Assembly: GCF_045679545.1 (NCBI RefSeq)
Contig: NZ_CP166195.1
Coordinates: 1,012,690-1,036,689, forward strand
Origin: Enterovibrio sp. 27052020O
GTDB taxonomy: Bacteria; Pseudomonadota; Gammaproteobacteria; Enterobacterales; Vibrionaceae
Length of the DNA stretch: 24,000 nt
Direction of reading: 5' to 3'
In this document: positions 1 through 8,466 of the stretch, one piece after another
Layout: each line of letters starts with the position of its first letter
Numbering within the stretch: position 1 is the stretch's first letter
Position numbers and translations under genes: made by a program
The notes under the pieces: model-generated
What the model was told of the DNA's origin: nothing
Seen by the model: only the letters and a program-made list of their open reading frames with translations
Database searches by the model: none

Positions 1-1
1 G

Positions 2-379
2 AATGACAGTGAAGGACACACCGCAGGTGATGAAGGGTTGGTGATGACGGCAGATCACTTACGAAATGTGTTTAGAAAGGTGGATCATATCGGGCGGTGG
101 GGCGGCGATGAATTTCTAGTGATTTGCCCTGAACTTAGTGCTGAAGATGCGATTTGTCTTGCTGACCGTGTATGTATGCGATTTGCAAAGTTGCCATTCC
201 CTTGGCGTACACCGCTAACAATGAGTATCGGGATTGCTTCAATGTCACCGACTCGCGTGTCTGGTTCGCTTGAAACCTTGTTTGATGAAGCAGATAAGGC
301 ACTCTATGCGGCGAAATCGCAGGGTAGGAATCGGCAACAACACTTTGAAGAGCTGCGCCGACCTAAGCTTGCAAACTAG
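2..379 (+). CDS. Diguanylate cyclase, C-terminal GGDEF-domain fragment (5' end lies outside the window)
   Basis: Frame 2 is open from the window edge and reads NDSEGHTAGDEGLVMTADHL..RKVDHIGRWGGDEFLV. It has an intact GGDEF motif, with an RxxD (RKVD) I-site five residues upstream. The tail LYAAKSQGRN is typical of GGDEF domains. Stop at 377-379. Confidence 0.85.
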   Translation, partial: NDSEGHTAGDEGLVMTADHLRNVFRKVDHIGRWGGDEFLVICPELSAEDAICLADRVCMRFAKLPFPWRTPLTMSIGIASMSPTRVSGSLETLFDEADKALYAAKSQGRNRQQHFEELRRPKLAN

Positions 380-426
380 ATTAACTTAACAGCTTGCTAA
401 CCAACGGCAAACCATTCCCTTGAATG

Positions 427-996
427 CTATCGGTCAGTGGCGTCCGGCTTGACGACCGAACGACCCTGTTCGTCGAAAAAAGGTGTGGGGATGTTAGTGC
501 CCTTTATCTTGTTTTTCAGCATAAACGACATGACCGTCACCAGTGATGAAAATGAAAACTTAGGACTAGGGCTTGTTGGGGGCGTCCCTTTAGCAAATTT
601 CCCCATGACATAAAATTTCACTGGACCAAAAGCGGCGTCGCGGCCTTCTCCATGAATGGCTGACGTCGGAATACCAGCAAACGGCATTTTTCTGCTGATG
701 GTGTTTGCGATCGGTGAATGGCAACAGGCGGTATAAAAGCGATAGATTCCTTTCGAGGTCATTCGCATGCAACGTAACTGTTCGGCGCCTTGGTGAATCT
801 CCACTTGTGCTGGTGCAAGTTGGAACAACTCTGTGCCGCCCCATTCATCCAACCACTTATCTCCATTGCCTAATCGATTGGCAAACCCTTGGCAGTCATC
901 GCAATAACACACCAAATGGTTGCCTGTTTTGGGCGACACGTTTTTTAGCGTGCCCTGTAATGCGCCACATTCGCAACGCAGTGAGAGATCGGTCAT
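427..996 (-). CDS. Cys-rich GFA/CENP-V-like (DUF6151-like) zinc-binding protein, function unknown
   Basis: 189-aa ORF with an ATG at 996 and AAGGA 8 nt upstream. The N-terminus carries CxC..(24)..CYCxxC, and a further CC pair occurs later, resembling the glutathione-dependent formaldehyde-activating (GFA) fold. Family assignment is by eye only. Confidence 0.55.
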   Translation of the reverse strand: MTDLSLRCECGALQGTLKNVSPKTGNHLVCYCDDCQGFANRLGNGDKWLDEWGGTELFQLAPAQVEIHQGAEQLRCMRMTSKGIYRFYTACCHSPIANTISRKMPFAGIPTSAIHGEGRDAAFGPVKFYVMGKFAKGTPPTSPSPKFSFSSLVTVMSFMLKNKIKGTNIPTPFFDEQGRSVVKPDATDR

Positions 997-1107
997 TGGG
1001 CAGTCCTTTTTGGAGTTGGTAATTGAAATTATATCTGATTTAACCTTTAGTTAAGGTTGAAAAAATCACCAATTTCCATCACTACAGTCCATGCTCAAAT
1101 GTATTCA

Positions 1108-2280
1108 TCATGTGAGATCTGAACGAAAAGGTAGATGCGCTTTGGCATCGTCAAGGTACTGCTGTATTAACGAATGCTCCCGCTGCAAATAGTCGCCAAT
1201 GGCTTGATGAAATCCTTGATGCTGCAAGTAATGCGCAGAATAGGTGTAAACAGGTTCAAACCCACGCATCAGTTTATGTTCACCCTGTGCGCCCGCATCA
1301 AATCGCTCAAGGTTGTGTTTGATGCAATATTCAATGCCTTGGTAATAGCAAAGCTCAAAGTGTAGGTTTTCATATTCGGCTAAGCATCCCCAATATCGGC
1401 CATACAGGGTATCGGTAGATTTGAAATATAGTGCGCCAGCCACAGGGTCGTCGTCGACGTATGCGAGTATTAATACCAAGCGGTTTCCCAGTGATGCCCC
1501 AATGCGCTCGAAGAACCCTTGATTCAGATAGCCAGTATGTCCTGAACGTTTGAGATACGTGCGCTGATAGAAGCGGTAAAACGTCGACCAGTCAGACGCG
1601 GAGGCGGCGTCGCCATCGAGGATCCTTACTTCGACACATTGATCGCCAATGCTTTTTCGTTCTTTGCGAATATTCTTGCGTCGACGCGACGTTAGTGTGG
1701 CCAGAAAATCATCAAAGGTCAGGTAGTTTCGATTAAACCAATGGAACTGTACGGCGCGTCGTTCCAGGAATCCGTGGTCAATGAGCGAAGGTAAGGCAGA
1801 TTGCGTTGGGAAAAGGATGTGGGCGCCGGAACATTGGATTTGATCTGTGAGTGAGCGCATGCCGCCTAACAGATACGTTGTGATTTCTACTTGGTCTTCG
1901 CTTGCTGAAATCAATAAGCGTGGGCCAGCAGCCGGAGTAAAGGGAATAGCACAAACCAGCTTAGGGTAGTATTCGATCCCTGCGTCTTCGTAGGCTTCCG
2001 CCCATGACCAATCGAACACATATTCGCCGTAAGGGTGGCTCTTGATAAAGCATGGCATGGCGGCCACGAGCTTGTCGCCGCGATAAACGGCGAGATACTG
2101 GGCTATCCAACCACTTTTGCGGCCTATGACTTCACTTTGCTCTAACGCAACAAAGAAAGCATGGCGAGCAAAAGGGTAGTCATTCGAGAGAAGAGAATTC
2201 CATTCCTCTTCACTAAAAGCATCGATTGTCGGGACTGACCGGCACGTCAAATCCTGTGTCTCGCTTTGTTTGCTGTCCAT
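1108..2280 (-). CDS. DUF482 / COG3146 FemAB-like GNAT-fold protein ('peptidoglycan biosynthesis/recognition' family)
   Basis: Long ORF with the DUF482 hallmarks YPFARHAFFVALEQS, PKLVCAIPFTP, LHFELCYYQGIEYCI and RFDAGAQGEHK. The track ORF starts at a GTG (2358). I prefer the ATG at 2280 (MDSKQ..., 390 aa) because it matches the usual family length. The start is uncertain; an ATG at 2313 is also possible. Confidence 0.75.
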   Translation of the reverse strand: MDSKQSETQDLTCRSVPTIDAFSEEEWNSLLSNDYPFARHAFFVALEQSEVIGRKSGWIAQYLAVYRGDKLVAAMPCFIKSHPYGEYVFDWSWAEAYEDAGIEYYPKLVCAIPFTPAAGPRLLISASEDQVEITTYLLGGMRSLTDQIQCSGAHILFPTQSALPSLIDHGFLERRAVQFHWFNRNYLTFDDFLATLTSRRRKNIRKERKSIGDQCVEVRILDGDAASASDWSTFYRFYQRTYLKRSGHTGYLNQGFFERIGASLGNRLVLILAYVDDDPVAGALYFKSTDTLYGRYWGCLAEYENLHFELCYYQGIEYCIKHNLERFDAGAQGEHKLMRGFEPVYTYSAHYLQHQGFHQAIGDYLQREHSLIQQYLDDAKAHLPFRSDLT

Positions 2281-2633
2281 GCTGATGTTTGATGTCCTTT
2301 GCTTTAAATGCATCCCTGATACGCATCTTGGGTGAGCTTCTGACGAAATACAACCCACAGAGATGGAGGGTATTCGCGTCTTCTTTTGGCTTGAGGGACG
2401 ACAAGCTCTGAAAGCACCAATGTTCGTTATTACCTTTAAGCGTGGTACAACGTACCAATGAAAACATCAAAACCAATACAATATGCCAGATTGTTATGTT
2501 GGTGACATTTAATACTGGATTATCAAACTATATTGGCGTTTTACTCTTGCTGGATGGTCGTTACATGGCATAAGATTTCATTAACAATCTGGTAACAGGT
2601 TGGGTTTTTGTCACGGTTCACAAGGAATGAGAG

Positions 2634-3269
2634 ATGCAAAACAAATTTCTGATCGAAGCCTTCCAGACACCGGAACAGGTGTCCCACACCTTGCTCCCTT
2701 ACTTTGCTACGTTGAGCAAAGATCCCTATGTCGATAGCGATGTGCGCTTTCGCAGTTATGCGTGCTTTGCGATCGACCCTGAGGGTGAGCTCTCGCGTCT
2801 GCCCCATCAGGCATTCATGCAATCTTCAGATGTGAATCGTGTTGTGGGCGATATTGAACGCCACTTTGCCCCAATGGATGACGATATGGTGAGCCTGCCT
2901 GAGTTCACCCATCTCATTCGATCGTTTGCGTCTGCCACAGGGATAGATAGTCAAGGTGGCCAAATTGACGTTCACCAAATTCGTGTGACATGTTCAGCGG
3001 AAGATACCAGCGCGCCAGCACCAGAAGGTATTCATCAAGATGGTTTTCGCTTTGTCGGTATTTTCTGTGTGCAACGACAGAATATCGCAGGTGGTTTTAC
3101 ACAAATTTTCACCTCGCCCGTCGAGCAGCACCCGCATCTCAATACCGTCTTAGAACCCAATCAATTCGTTATTATTGATGATCAACGCTATTACCATCAC
3201 ATTTCAGAAACGTTATCGAGCGAATCCGGCAAGGAGGGCGTACGCGATGTCTTCGTATTTACCGCTTAA
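2634..3269 (+). CDS. 2OG-Fe(II) dioxygenase, PF10014 family (free-amino-acid hydroxylase type)
   Basis: 211-aa ORF with an ATG at 2634 preceded by AAGGAATGAGAG. The motif PEGIHQDGFRFVGIFCVQRQNIAGGFT matches the HxD facial-triad block of PF10014. A distal His is available in YYHHIS. The 3' end overlaps the next CDS by 23 nt. Confidence 0.75.
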   Translation: MQNKFLIEAFQTPEQVSHTLLPYFATLSKDPYVDSDVRFRSYACFAIDPEGELSRLPHQAFMQSSDVNRVVGDIERHFAPMDDDMVSLPEFTHLIRSFASATGIDSQGGQIDVHQIRVTCSAEDTSAPAPEGIHQDGFRFVGIFCVQRQNIAGGFTQIFTSPVEQHPHLNTVLEPNQFVIIDDQRYYHHISETLSSESGKEGVRDVFVFTA

Positions 3270-4488
3270 TCAAAACTCTGTTGAATCTCTGCGTCGCCAG
3301 TTTCCAGCGTTACAACGTGAAATAGGTGGAGTATCCCCCATTTACCTTGATGGCCCCGGTGGCACGCAGTTGCCAGATTCCGTTATTGATGCGTTTGGTA
3401 ACTATCTACGCGCGGGTAACGCTAACTTAGGCGGTAAATTTCTGGTGAGTGAGGAAACCGGATTACTGGTCGAACGCGCACGAGAAAGTGCTGCTGCGCT
3501 GGTGGGGGCGGCGTCGCCGAGCGAGATCTTCTTCGGCCCGAATATGACGTCTGTGACATTTTCATTTAGCCGTGCGTTAAGTCAACAATGGCAAGCAGAT
3601 GATGAAGTGATCGTGTCAGTGGCAGATCATGGCGCCAATCGCTCTAGTTGGGTGATGGCGGCACAAGACCGAGGGGTAAAGGTACATTATTTGCCGGTGA
3701 AGGATGCGCGTGGTGAATTGGATCTCAATGCCTTGGATACGCTGCTGAGTGACAAGACCAAATTGGTTGCCCTAACCGCTGCAAGCAATATTACGGGCAC
3801 AATAACCGACCTGAAAGCGGTGATAGAAAAATGCCACAAAGTCGGCGCAAATGTGTTTGTTGATGCGGTTCATTTGTTGCCGCATCAGCTGGTGGACGTG
3901 CAGGCATTAGATGTGGATTTCCTAGCAGGTTCAGCTTACAAGTTTTATGGCCCCCATCTTGGTTTTCTCTATGGAAAAGCCCAATGGTTATCATCGATTC
4001 AACCTTATAAAGTCGAGCCCGCACCGAATTTTGCGCCCAACTGCTGGGAGACTGGCACGCTTAACTTTGAGGCTCTGAGTGCGTTTGTGGCCACCGTGGA
4101 GTATCTCGCATCACTAGGCGAGGGGGGGACGCTTCGAAACCGGCTCGCGTCGGGCTACGACAACCTGCATCAGTACGAAGCATCACTTTCTGCTTATTTT
4201 TTGAAGCAATTATTATTGGTAGAAAATGTGCAATTGTTCGGCTTGCCACAAGCAGAAGGCCGCACCGCGACGTTTGCCCTTCGTTTTGGTGAACGAGACC
4301 CTGCAGAAATCGCGGCTGCGCTTGGAAAGCGTCAGATCTATGTGTGGAGTGGCCATCTTTACGCTGACAAGCTCACGGACGCGTTTGGCGTAACCGATAA
4401 AGGCGGCATTCTTCGTGTGGGACTAATGCACTACAACACGGTTGAAGAAATTGACGGTTTCTTTGAGGCATTGAAAGCAGTGCTTTGA
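3247..4488 (+). CDS. Class V aminotransferase-fold PLP enzyme, cysteine desulfurase-like (VC1184-type subfamily)
   Basis: ATG at 3247 with AGGAGG 9 nt upstream; the track start at 3175 is an upstream in-frame extension. The PLP-lysine context is GSAYKFYGPHLG, and the C-terminal RVGLMHYNT..EEID is typical of SufS/CsdA-like enzymes. The position of the SufS GHHCA persulfide-Cys motif reads GHLYA. The whole protein has only two Cys residues (EKCHK, PNCWE). Confidence 0.85.
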   Translation: MSSYLPLNQNSVESLRRQFPALQREIGGVSPIYLDGPGGTQLPDSVIDAFGNYLRAGNANLGGKFLVSEETGLLVERARESAAALVGAASPSEIFFGPNMTSVTFSFSRALSQQWQADDEVIVSVADHGANRSSWVMAAQDRGVKVHYLPVKDARGELDLNALDTLLSDKTKLVALTAASNITGTITDLKAVIEKCHKVGANVFVDAVHLLPHQLVDVQALDVDFLAGSAYKFYGPHLGFLYGKAQWLSSIQPYKVEPAPNFAPNCWETGTLNFEALSAFVATVEYLASLGEGGTLRNRLASGYDNLHQYEASLSAYFLKQLLLVENVQLFGLPQAEGRTATFALRFGERDPAEIAAALGKRQIYVWSGHLYADKLTDAFGVTDKGGILRVGLMHYNTVEEIDGFFEALKAVL

Positions 4489-4515
4489 TTGCCCAATCTG
4501 ATGTGAAGACGTTAA

Positions 4516-4537
4516 AAAGCCGACAATTGTCGGCTTT
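4516..4537. terminator. Bidirectional rho-independent terminator between convergent genes
   Basis: Perfect palindrome AAAGCCGAC-AATT-GTCGGCTTT, flanked by an A-run on the left and T residues on the right. It lies between the stop at 4488 (+) and the stop at 4582 (-). Confidence 0.7.
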
Positions 4538-4581
4538 TACTTCAAACTTCAACTTTCAACCTTCAACCTATGGCCACTTGG

Positions 4582-4902
4582 CTAGCTAACCAATTTGTAG
4601 CTGATCACGTAAAATGTATCATCGTCAGGATAGATCTTGCGGATCAGGGGTTTCAGCTCATCTAATGGCAGAAATTCTTGTGCTGCATGCACTTCACCAA
4701 TGTCTTCAAATGCAATCTGCTCGACGGTCAGGATGTCAATCTGACAGACATACTCGTCTTTTTCGAGCGTATGAACATCCACACGTGTGCCCGGCACATA
4801 ATGTGATTCAGACACATCGCGGATCGTGATGGTTTTCTTGCCAGATGCAACAAGCGGCGTTAGCCATTCGAAGAAGGTGATTTTAGTTGGTGCTTGGCTC
4901 AC
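4582..4902 (-). CDS. yqfB: N4-acetylcytidine amidohydrolase, ASCH-domain protein YqfB
   Basis: 106 aa with a GTG start at 4902 and AAGG 8 nt upstream. Collinear with E. coli YqfB by eye: ITFF, GKKTITIRDVSESHY, YVCQIDILTVEQ, ELKPLIRKIYPDDDTFYVISYK. Confidence 0.85.
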   Translation of the reverse strand: MSQAPTKITFFEWLTPLVASGKKTITIRDVSESHYVPGTRVDVHTLEKDEYVCQIDILTVEQIAFEDIGEVHAAQEFLPLDELKPLIRKIYPDDDTFYVISYKLVS

Positions 4903-5062
4903 AGTGATGCCTTATGGTCTGCCGTTTTCGGACGCGCATTAAATCATAGTGCAGCAAAATTGCATCGCGTTTTTCTACTAAAAAATGACGAAATGAGCAG
5001 CATGAGATTCCTTCCTGCCATAAAACCCGGTGTCCCGCTATCTTGCGGCCTCGGATTTAACG

Positions 5063-5068
5063 TATAAT
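5063..5068 (+). promoter_or_regulatory. Candidate -10 element (TATAAT) for rluF
   Basis: Perfect TATAAT sits 110 nt upstream of the rluF GTG, but with only a poor -35 (TTGCGG at 14 nt spacing, or ATCTTG at 17 nt). The predicted leader begins with the hairpin CGGGT-TAT-ACCCG. This is sequence pattern only. Confidence 0.3.
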
Positions 5069-5177
5069 TGCGGGTTATACCCGAGTAAGACACAGAGAAG
5101 CGATGAGATGTGGTGGTAAAAAACCGCGTTAATCACATCGCTGAACGTGATCAGCACATTTGAGATAAGAAACGTTT

Positions 5178-6410
5178 GTGAACACAAGTAGCGGAATACG
5201 ACTAAACAAATTCATCAGTGATTCTGGTTTTTGCTCGCGTCGCGAAGCAGACAAATTCATTGAGCAGAAAAAAGTCACCATCAACGGCATCGTGCCTGAG
5301 CTTGGCACTAAAGTGTTGCCCGGCGACGAAGTGAAGGTGAATAACAAACGCATCGATAAAGTGCCTGAGAGCAAAGAAGACCGCGTCTACATTGCTTATA
5401 ACAAGCCAATTGGTATTACGTGTACCACGGCGAGTAACGTGCGTGGCAATATTGTTGACGCGATTCGTCACCCAAAACGTATTTTTCCTATTGGGCGTTT
5501 GGATAAACCATCTGAAGGTTTGATTTTTCTGACCAGTGACGGCGATATCGTTAATAAAATCTTGCGTGCGGGTAATAACCACGAGAAAGAATATCTTGTC
5601 ACGGTTGATCGTCCCATCACGCCAAAGTTCCTTGAATTGATGTCCAACGGTATCCCTATTCTTGATACCGTCACAAAGCCTTGCGTGGTAGAAAGACAAA
5701 GCAAATTTGTATTCAAAATCATTCTGACCCAAGGCTTGAACCGACAGATTCGTCGTATGTGTGAATACTTGGGTTTCGAAGTGACTAAATTAAAACGCAT
5801 TCGTATTATGAATGTTCGTTTAGGAACGTTGAAACTGGGTGAGTGGCGTGAGCTGACACAGGAAGAAATGGACGATATCAATGCGGCCGTGGTGGACTCT
5901 AAAAGTACCTTTGAGCCAGATGACGGCTATGAGGGTATTGGTGTCGGCGACGTGAAAAGCGCTTCCAGTGATGCAGCAAAGCAGAATTTAAAATCAGGCA
6001 AGATTGCTTTTGCGAAGCCGAGAGCGTCCTCGAATGGTCGTCATGATCGCACTGGACGCGGTGATAAGCGTTCTTTCTCGAAAGATGGCCAGCGCAATGA
6101 CGGTGCTCGTAAAGAGGTCGCACGCGGAGAAGGCTTCAAGAAAGGGGGTAGCCGCCAAGACACTGAGCGCTCTGGTAATGCGCGACGTGATGACACCCGA
6201 TCAGGTGATTCACGAAAAAACGATTCGCGCAGAGATGATTCACGCCGAGGTGGCCCTCGACCAGACAGCGCCCGCCCACAACGCTCTGATAGAGATGGTG
6301 CGCGCCGAGATGGGGCGAGAAATGACAGTTCTCGTAGCGGTGGAGCATCTCGCAAAGCGCCGTCGACTGGCGCACCGAATAATCGAAAACCGAAAGACCG
6401 CCGTCCATAG
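5178..6410 (+). CDS. rluF: 23S rRNA pseudouridine synthase RluF (RsuA/RluF family) with an extended low-complexity basic C-terminal tail
   Basis: GTG start at 5178. The N-terminus [32 protein letters not shown] is the S4 domain and closely parallels E. coli RluF. The catalytic block is [19 protein letters not shown], followed by NRQIRRMCE. Residues from about 240 to 410 are an R/D/S/G-rich tail. Confidence 0.9.
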   Translation: MNTSSGIRLNKFISDSGFCSRREADKFIEQKKVTINGIVPELGTKVLPGDEVKVNNKRIDKVPESKEDRVYIAYNKPIGITCTTASNVRGNIVDAIRHPKRIFPIGRLDKPSEGLIFLTSDGDIVNKILRAGNNHEKEYLVTVDRPITPKFLELMSNGIPILDTVTKPCVVERQSKFVFKIILTQGLNRQIRRMCEYLGFEVTKLKRIRIMNVRLGTLKLGEWRELTQEEMDDINAAVVDSKSTFEPDDGYEGIGVGDVKSASSDAAKQNLKSGKIAFAKPRASSNGRHDRTGRGDKRSFSKDGQRNDGARKEVARGEGFKKGGSRQDTERSGNARRDDTRSGDSRKNDSRRDDSRRGGPRPDSARPQRSDRDGARRDGARNDSSRSGGASRKAPSTGAPNNRKPKDRRP

Positions 6411-6438
6411 CGCCATACTGGGTGAGTCCACAACAAAG

Positions 6439-6466
6439 GGGAGTGATGATGTCGCTCCCTTTTTTA
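6439..6466 (+). terminator. Probable rho-independent terminator of rluF
   Basis: Stem GGGAG (6439-6443) / CTCCC (6455-6459) followed by TTTTTTATT, 29 nt after the rluF stop. The stem is short, so the call is moderate. Confidence 0.5.
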
Positions 6467-6615
6467 TTGGGTGCAATTCAGGCGTTTGACACTGTTGATG
6501 GGACTGTTGATGTGAGAGAGAAAATAGAAGGTAATCGGCAGGGGAGTCGAGAGTGTGCATCCTTGCATCCTCTCTTTCTTTGAAGAAAGTTGTTCGTCAG
6601 CTCTGTTGCAATCTG

Positions 6616-7146
6616 CTAGAAAGGACTCTCTTTGTTCAGTTCATTACAAATTTCGACAATCGCAAGCGAAAGGCCAGATGCTATCATTTGTTGCTGACGC
6701 TTAACTTGCATTTGGTAGAACTCTAAACCTACATCAGTATCAGGCTGCATCACGTCCAGTTTTACCATGCCCATTTTCTCTACCAAGTTAAGCTTCTTGA
6801 TGGCATTGAGAATGAATGGGTGCGTAAACGTGTACTCTTCACTGTCGTTGTTCAATTGATTTCGTAGCTTGATGATGTCATTGATGTCTTGATAAATCGC
6901 ATCAGGTAATACACCCAATCCATAGAGCAGCTTAAGACGCACCGCGATGTCTCCCAATGGACCCGTATCGTCCAACAATGGACCAACAACCGATTTGACT
7001 GCGAAGTCATCCTTACGAAAGATTCGTTGAATGAGAGAGTCAATTGCATCTGTAAACACTTCTACAGAGGCAATAAAAAACCCTCGCACAGACGGTGCGC
7101 TGTTGAGCCTTTCTATAATCTGCGTTTCTTTTATCGGTGCTACCAT
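6616..7146 (-). CDS. mtlR: Mannitol operon repressor MtlR
   Basis: Collinear with E. coli MtlR by eye: ERLNSAPSVRGFF, FRKDDFAVKSVVGPLLDDTGPLGDIAVRLKLLYGLGV. The track ORF begins at a TTG (7248) inside mtlD. The ATG at 7146 (MVAPIKE..., AAGG upstream) is the more likely start. Confidence 0.8.
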   Translation of the reverse strand: MVAPIKETQIIERLNSAPSVRGFFIASVEVFTDAIDSLIQRIFRKDDFAVKSVVGPLLDDTGPLGDIAVRLKLLYGLGVLPDAIYQDINDIIKLRNQLNNDSEEYTFTHPFILNAIKKLNLVEKMGMVKLDVMQPDTDVGLEFYQMQVKRQQQMIASGLSLAIVEICNELNKESPF

Positions 7147-7222
7147 TTTAGCCTTGGTGCTCTTCCTCTGTAACGGGAGCTTTTGCTCCCGTTTATCATT
7201 CCCATTCAGCGGGAAATTGACT

Positions 7223-8371
7223 TTAAAGCTGGTGGTAGATCGACTCAATGCTTTGCGCCTCTTTGCTTGTTTCTTCTAGACCGCAATAGTGAGCAAGCGT
7301 TTTAACCACACCGTGTTGTTGTAAATAGCTTTGAAGTTCCACGGCTTGCGGATCAGTGCTGTTTTCATACTTCAGCGCGGCAGCAATGCCTTTTAACAAA
7401 GCATCGTTATCGGTTTGGTACTCCATTGTACCGAGTAATGGTCTGATTAATCTATCGTTTTGCCCCAACTTTCTGATCGGCTCTCGCCCCACACGATCGA
7501 CTTCATCAACCAAGAATGGGTTGGCGAAGCGCTCAATGATCTTGTCAATGTAAACATAATGTTTTTCACGATCAAAGCGATAGCGTCGAATGAGGACTTC
7601 ACCACTTTCCATCATGGCCTGCGTAACGTCTGTACGGATGACAGGATCGTTTATCGCTTCACGAATGGTGCGGTAGCCATGGAGGCATCCTAAGTAGGCC
7701 GTTATACAATGGCCTGTGTTAAGAGTGAAGAGCTTGCGTTCAACATACGCCATCAGATTGCTGGTTCGTTCCATGCCAGTAATGGCAGGAATTTCACCTT
7801 TGAACTGCTGATCATCAACAATCCATTCGCTGAAGCTCTCTACGGTGACTTCAAGTGGGTCGTCGTTCGCCGCATCCATCGGGGGAACGATACGGTCTAC
7901 GGCAGAATCGACGAACCCAACGTACTCGTCAGTTTTTGCTTGCTCTTCTTCGTTTAAGTGGCGGTATACCTCGGCCTTTAGGTGGGTACTTCCGCGCACC
8001 ATGTTCTCGCAGGCAATAATGTTTAACGGAGATTCATTGCCGTCAGAAAATCGCTTTTTGAGGCCCTCGGCAATGGTGCGTGCGATTTTGTCTAACACGT
8101 TTGCACCGACGGCTGTGGTGACTAAATCTGTGGTGGCTATGCGGTCGATCACATCAGCACTCATCGAATTAACCGCTGAAATATGGCTGACTGACTCAAT
8201 GGTACTTTCTGTACCCACTACACGAACATTGTATTGTTGTTTATGGCTCAACTGATCAATCAGTGGCTCATTGACGTCTGCAAAGGTGACGGCCACGTTT
8301 GAATCAGCAAGGAGTTTGCCAATAAAACCGCGACCAATATTACCAGCACCAAAGTGAACTGCTTTTTTCAT
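7223..8371 (-). CDS. mtlD: Mannitol-1-phosphate 5-dehydrogenase
   Basis: ATG at 8371 (MKKAVHFGAGNIGRGFIG, Rossmann GxGxxG) with GAGG upstream, giving 382 aa, the same length as E. coli MtlD. It follows mtlA in the same orientation. Confidence 0.95.
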   Translation of the reverse strand: MKKAVHFGAGNIGRGFIGKLLADSNVAVTFADVNEPLIDQLSHKQQYNVRVVGTESTIESVSHISAVNSMSADVIDRIATTDLVTTAVGANVLDKIARTIAEGLKKRFSDGNESPLNIIACENMVRGSTHLKAEVYRHLNEEEQAKTDEYVGFVDSAVDRIVPPMDAANDDPLEVTVESFSEWIVDDQQFKGEIPAITGMERTSNLMAYVERKLFTLNTGHCITAYLGCLHGYRTIREAINDPVIRTDVTQAMMESGEVLIRRYRFDREKHYVYIDKIIERFANPFLVDEVDRVGREPIRKLGQNDRLIRPLLGTMEYQTDNDALLKGIAAALKYENSTDPQAVELQSYLQQHGVVKTLAHYCGLEETSKEAQSIESIYHQL

Positions 8372-8466
8372 GATTCTTACCTCACCAACAAAGTCGATCT
8401 TTTGTTCCAAGATCTTGTTCTAAATAAGGAGCCAGCAAGTGCTTGCTCCTTTTGATCTAACTGGGC

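Noticed and set aside
4539-4568. Degenerate heptamer run CTTCAAA CTTCAA CTTTCAAC CTTCAAC, immediately after the bidirectional terminator.
   Set aside because: It is short, imperfect and lies in a convergent intergenic spacer. Nothing suggests function beyond simple-sequence slippage.
6004-6560. Four long ORFs in other frames and on the other strand (6004-6489 +, 6041-6436 -, 6136-6408 -, 6240-6560 -), overlapping the 3' third of rluF.
   Set aside because: They are low-complexity translations (R/S/P/A-rich) of the repetitive GA/CG-rich DNA that encodes the RluF tail. The codon bias simply removes stop codons in all frames. None has its own RBS or a recognisable domain.
7147-7248. N-terminal extensions offered by the ORF track: mtlR from TTG 7248, mtlD from 8410, the aminotransferase from 3175, the RRM protein from 13917, rimK from 19684, and the MarR gene from TTG 22937.
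   Set aside because: In each case an internal ATG with a properly spaced Shine-Dalgarno gives a protein that matches the homolog N-terminus and length. The extensions overlap upstream genes or lack an RBS.
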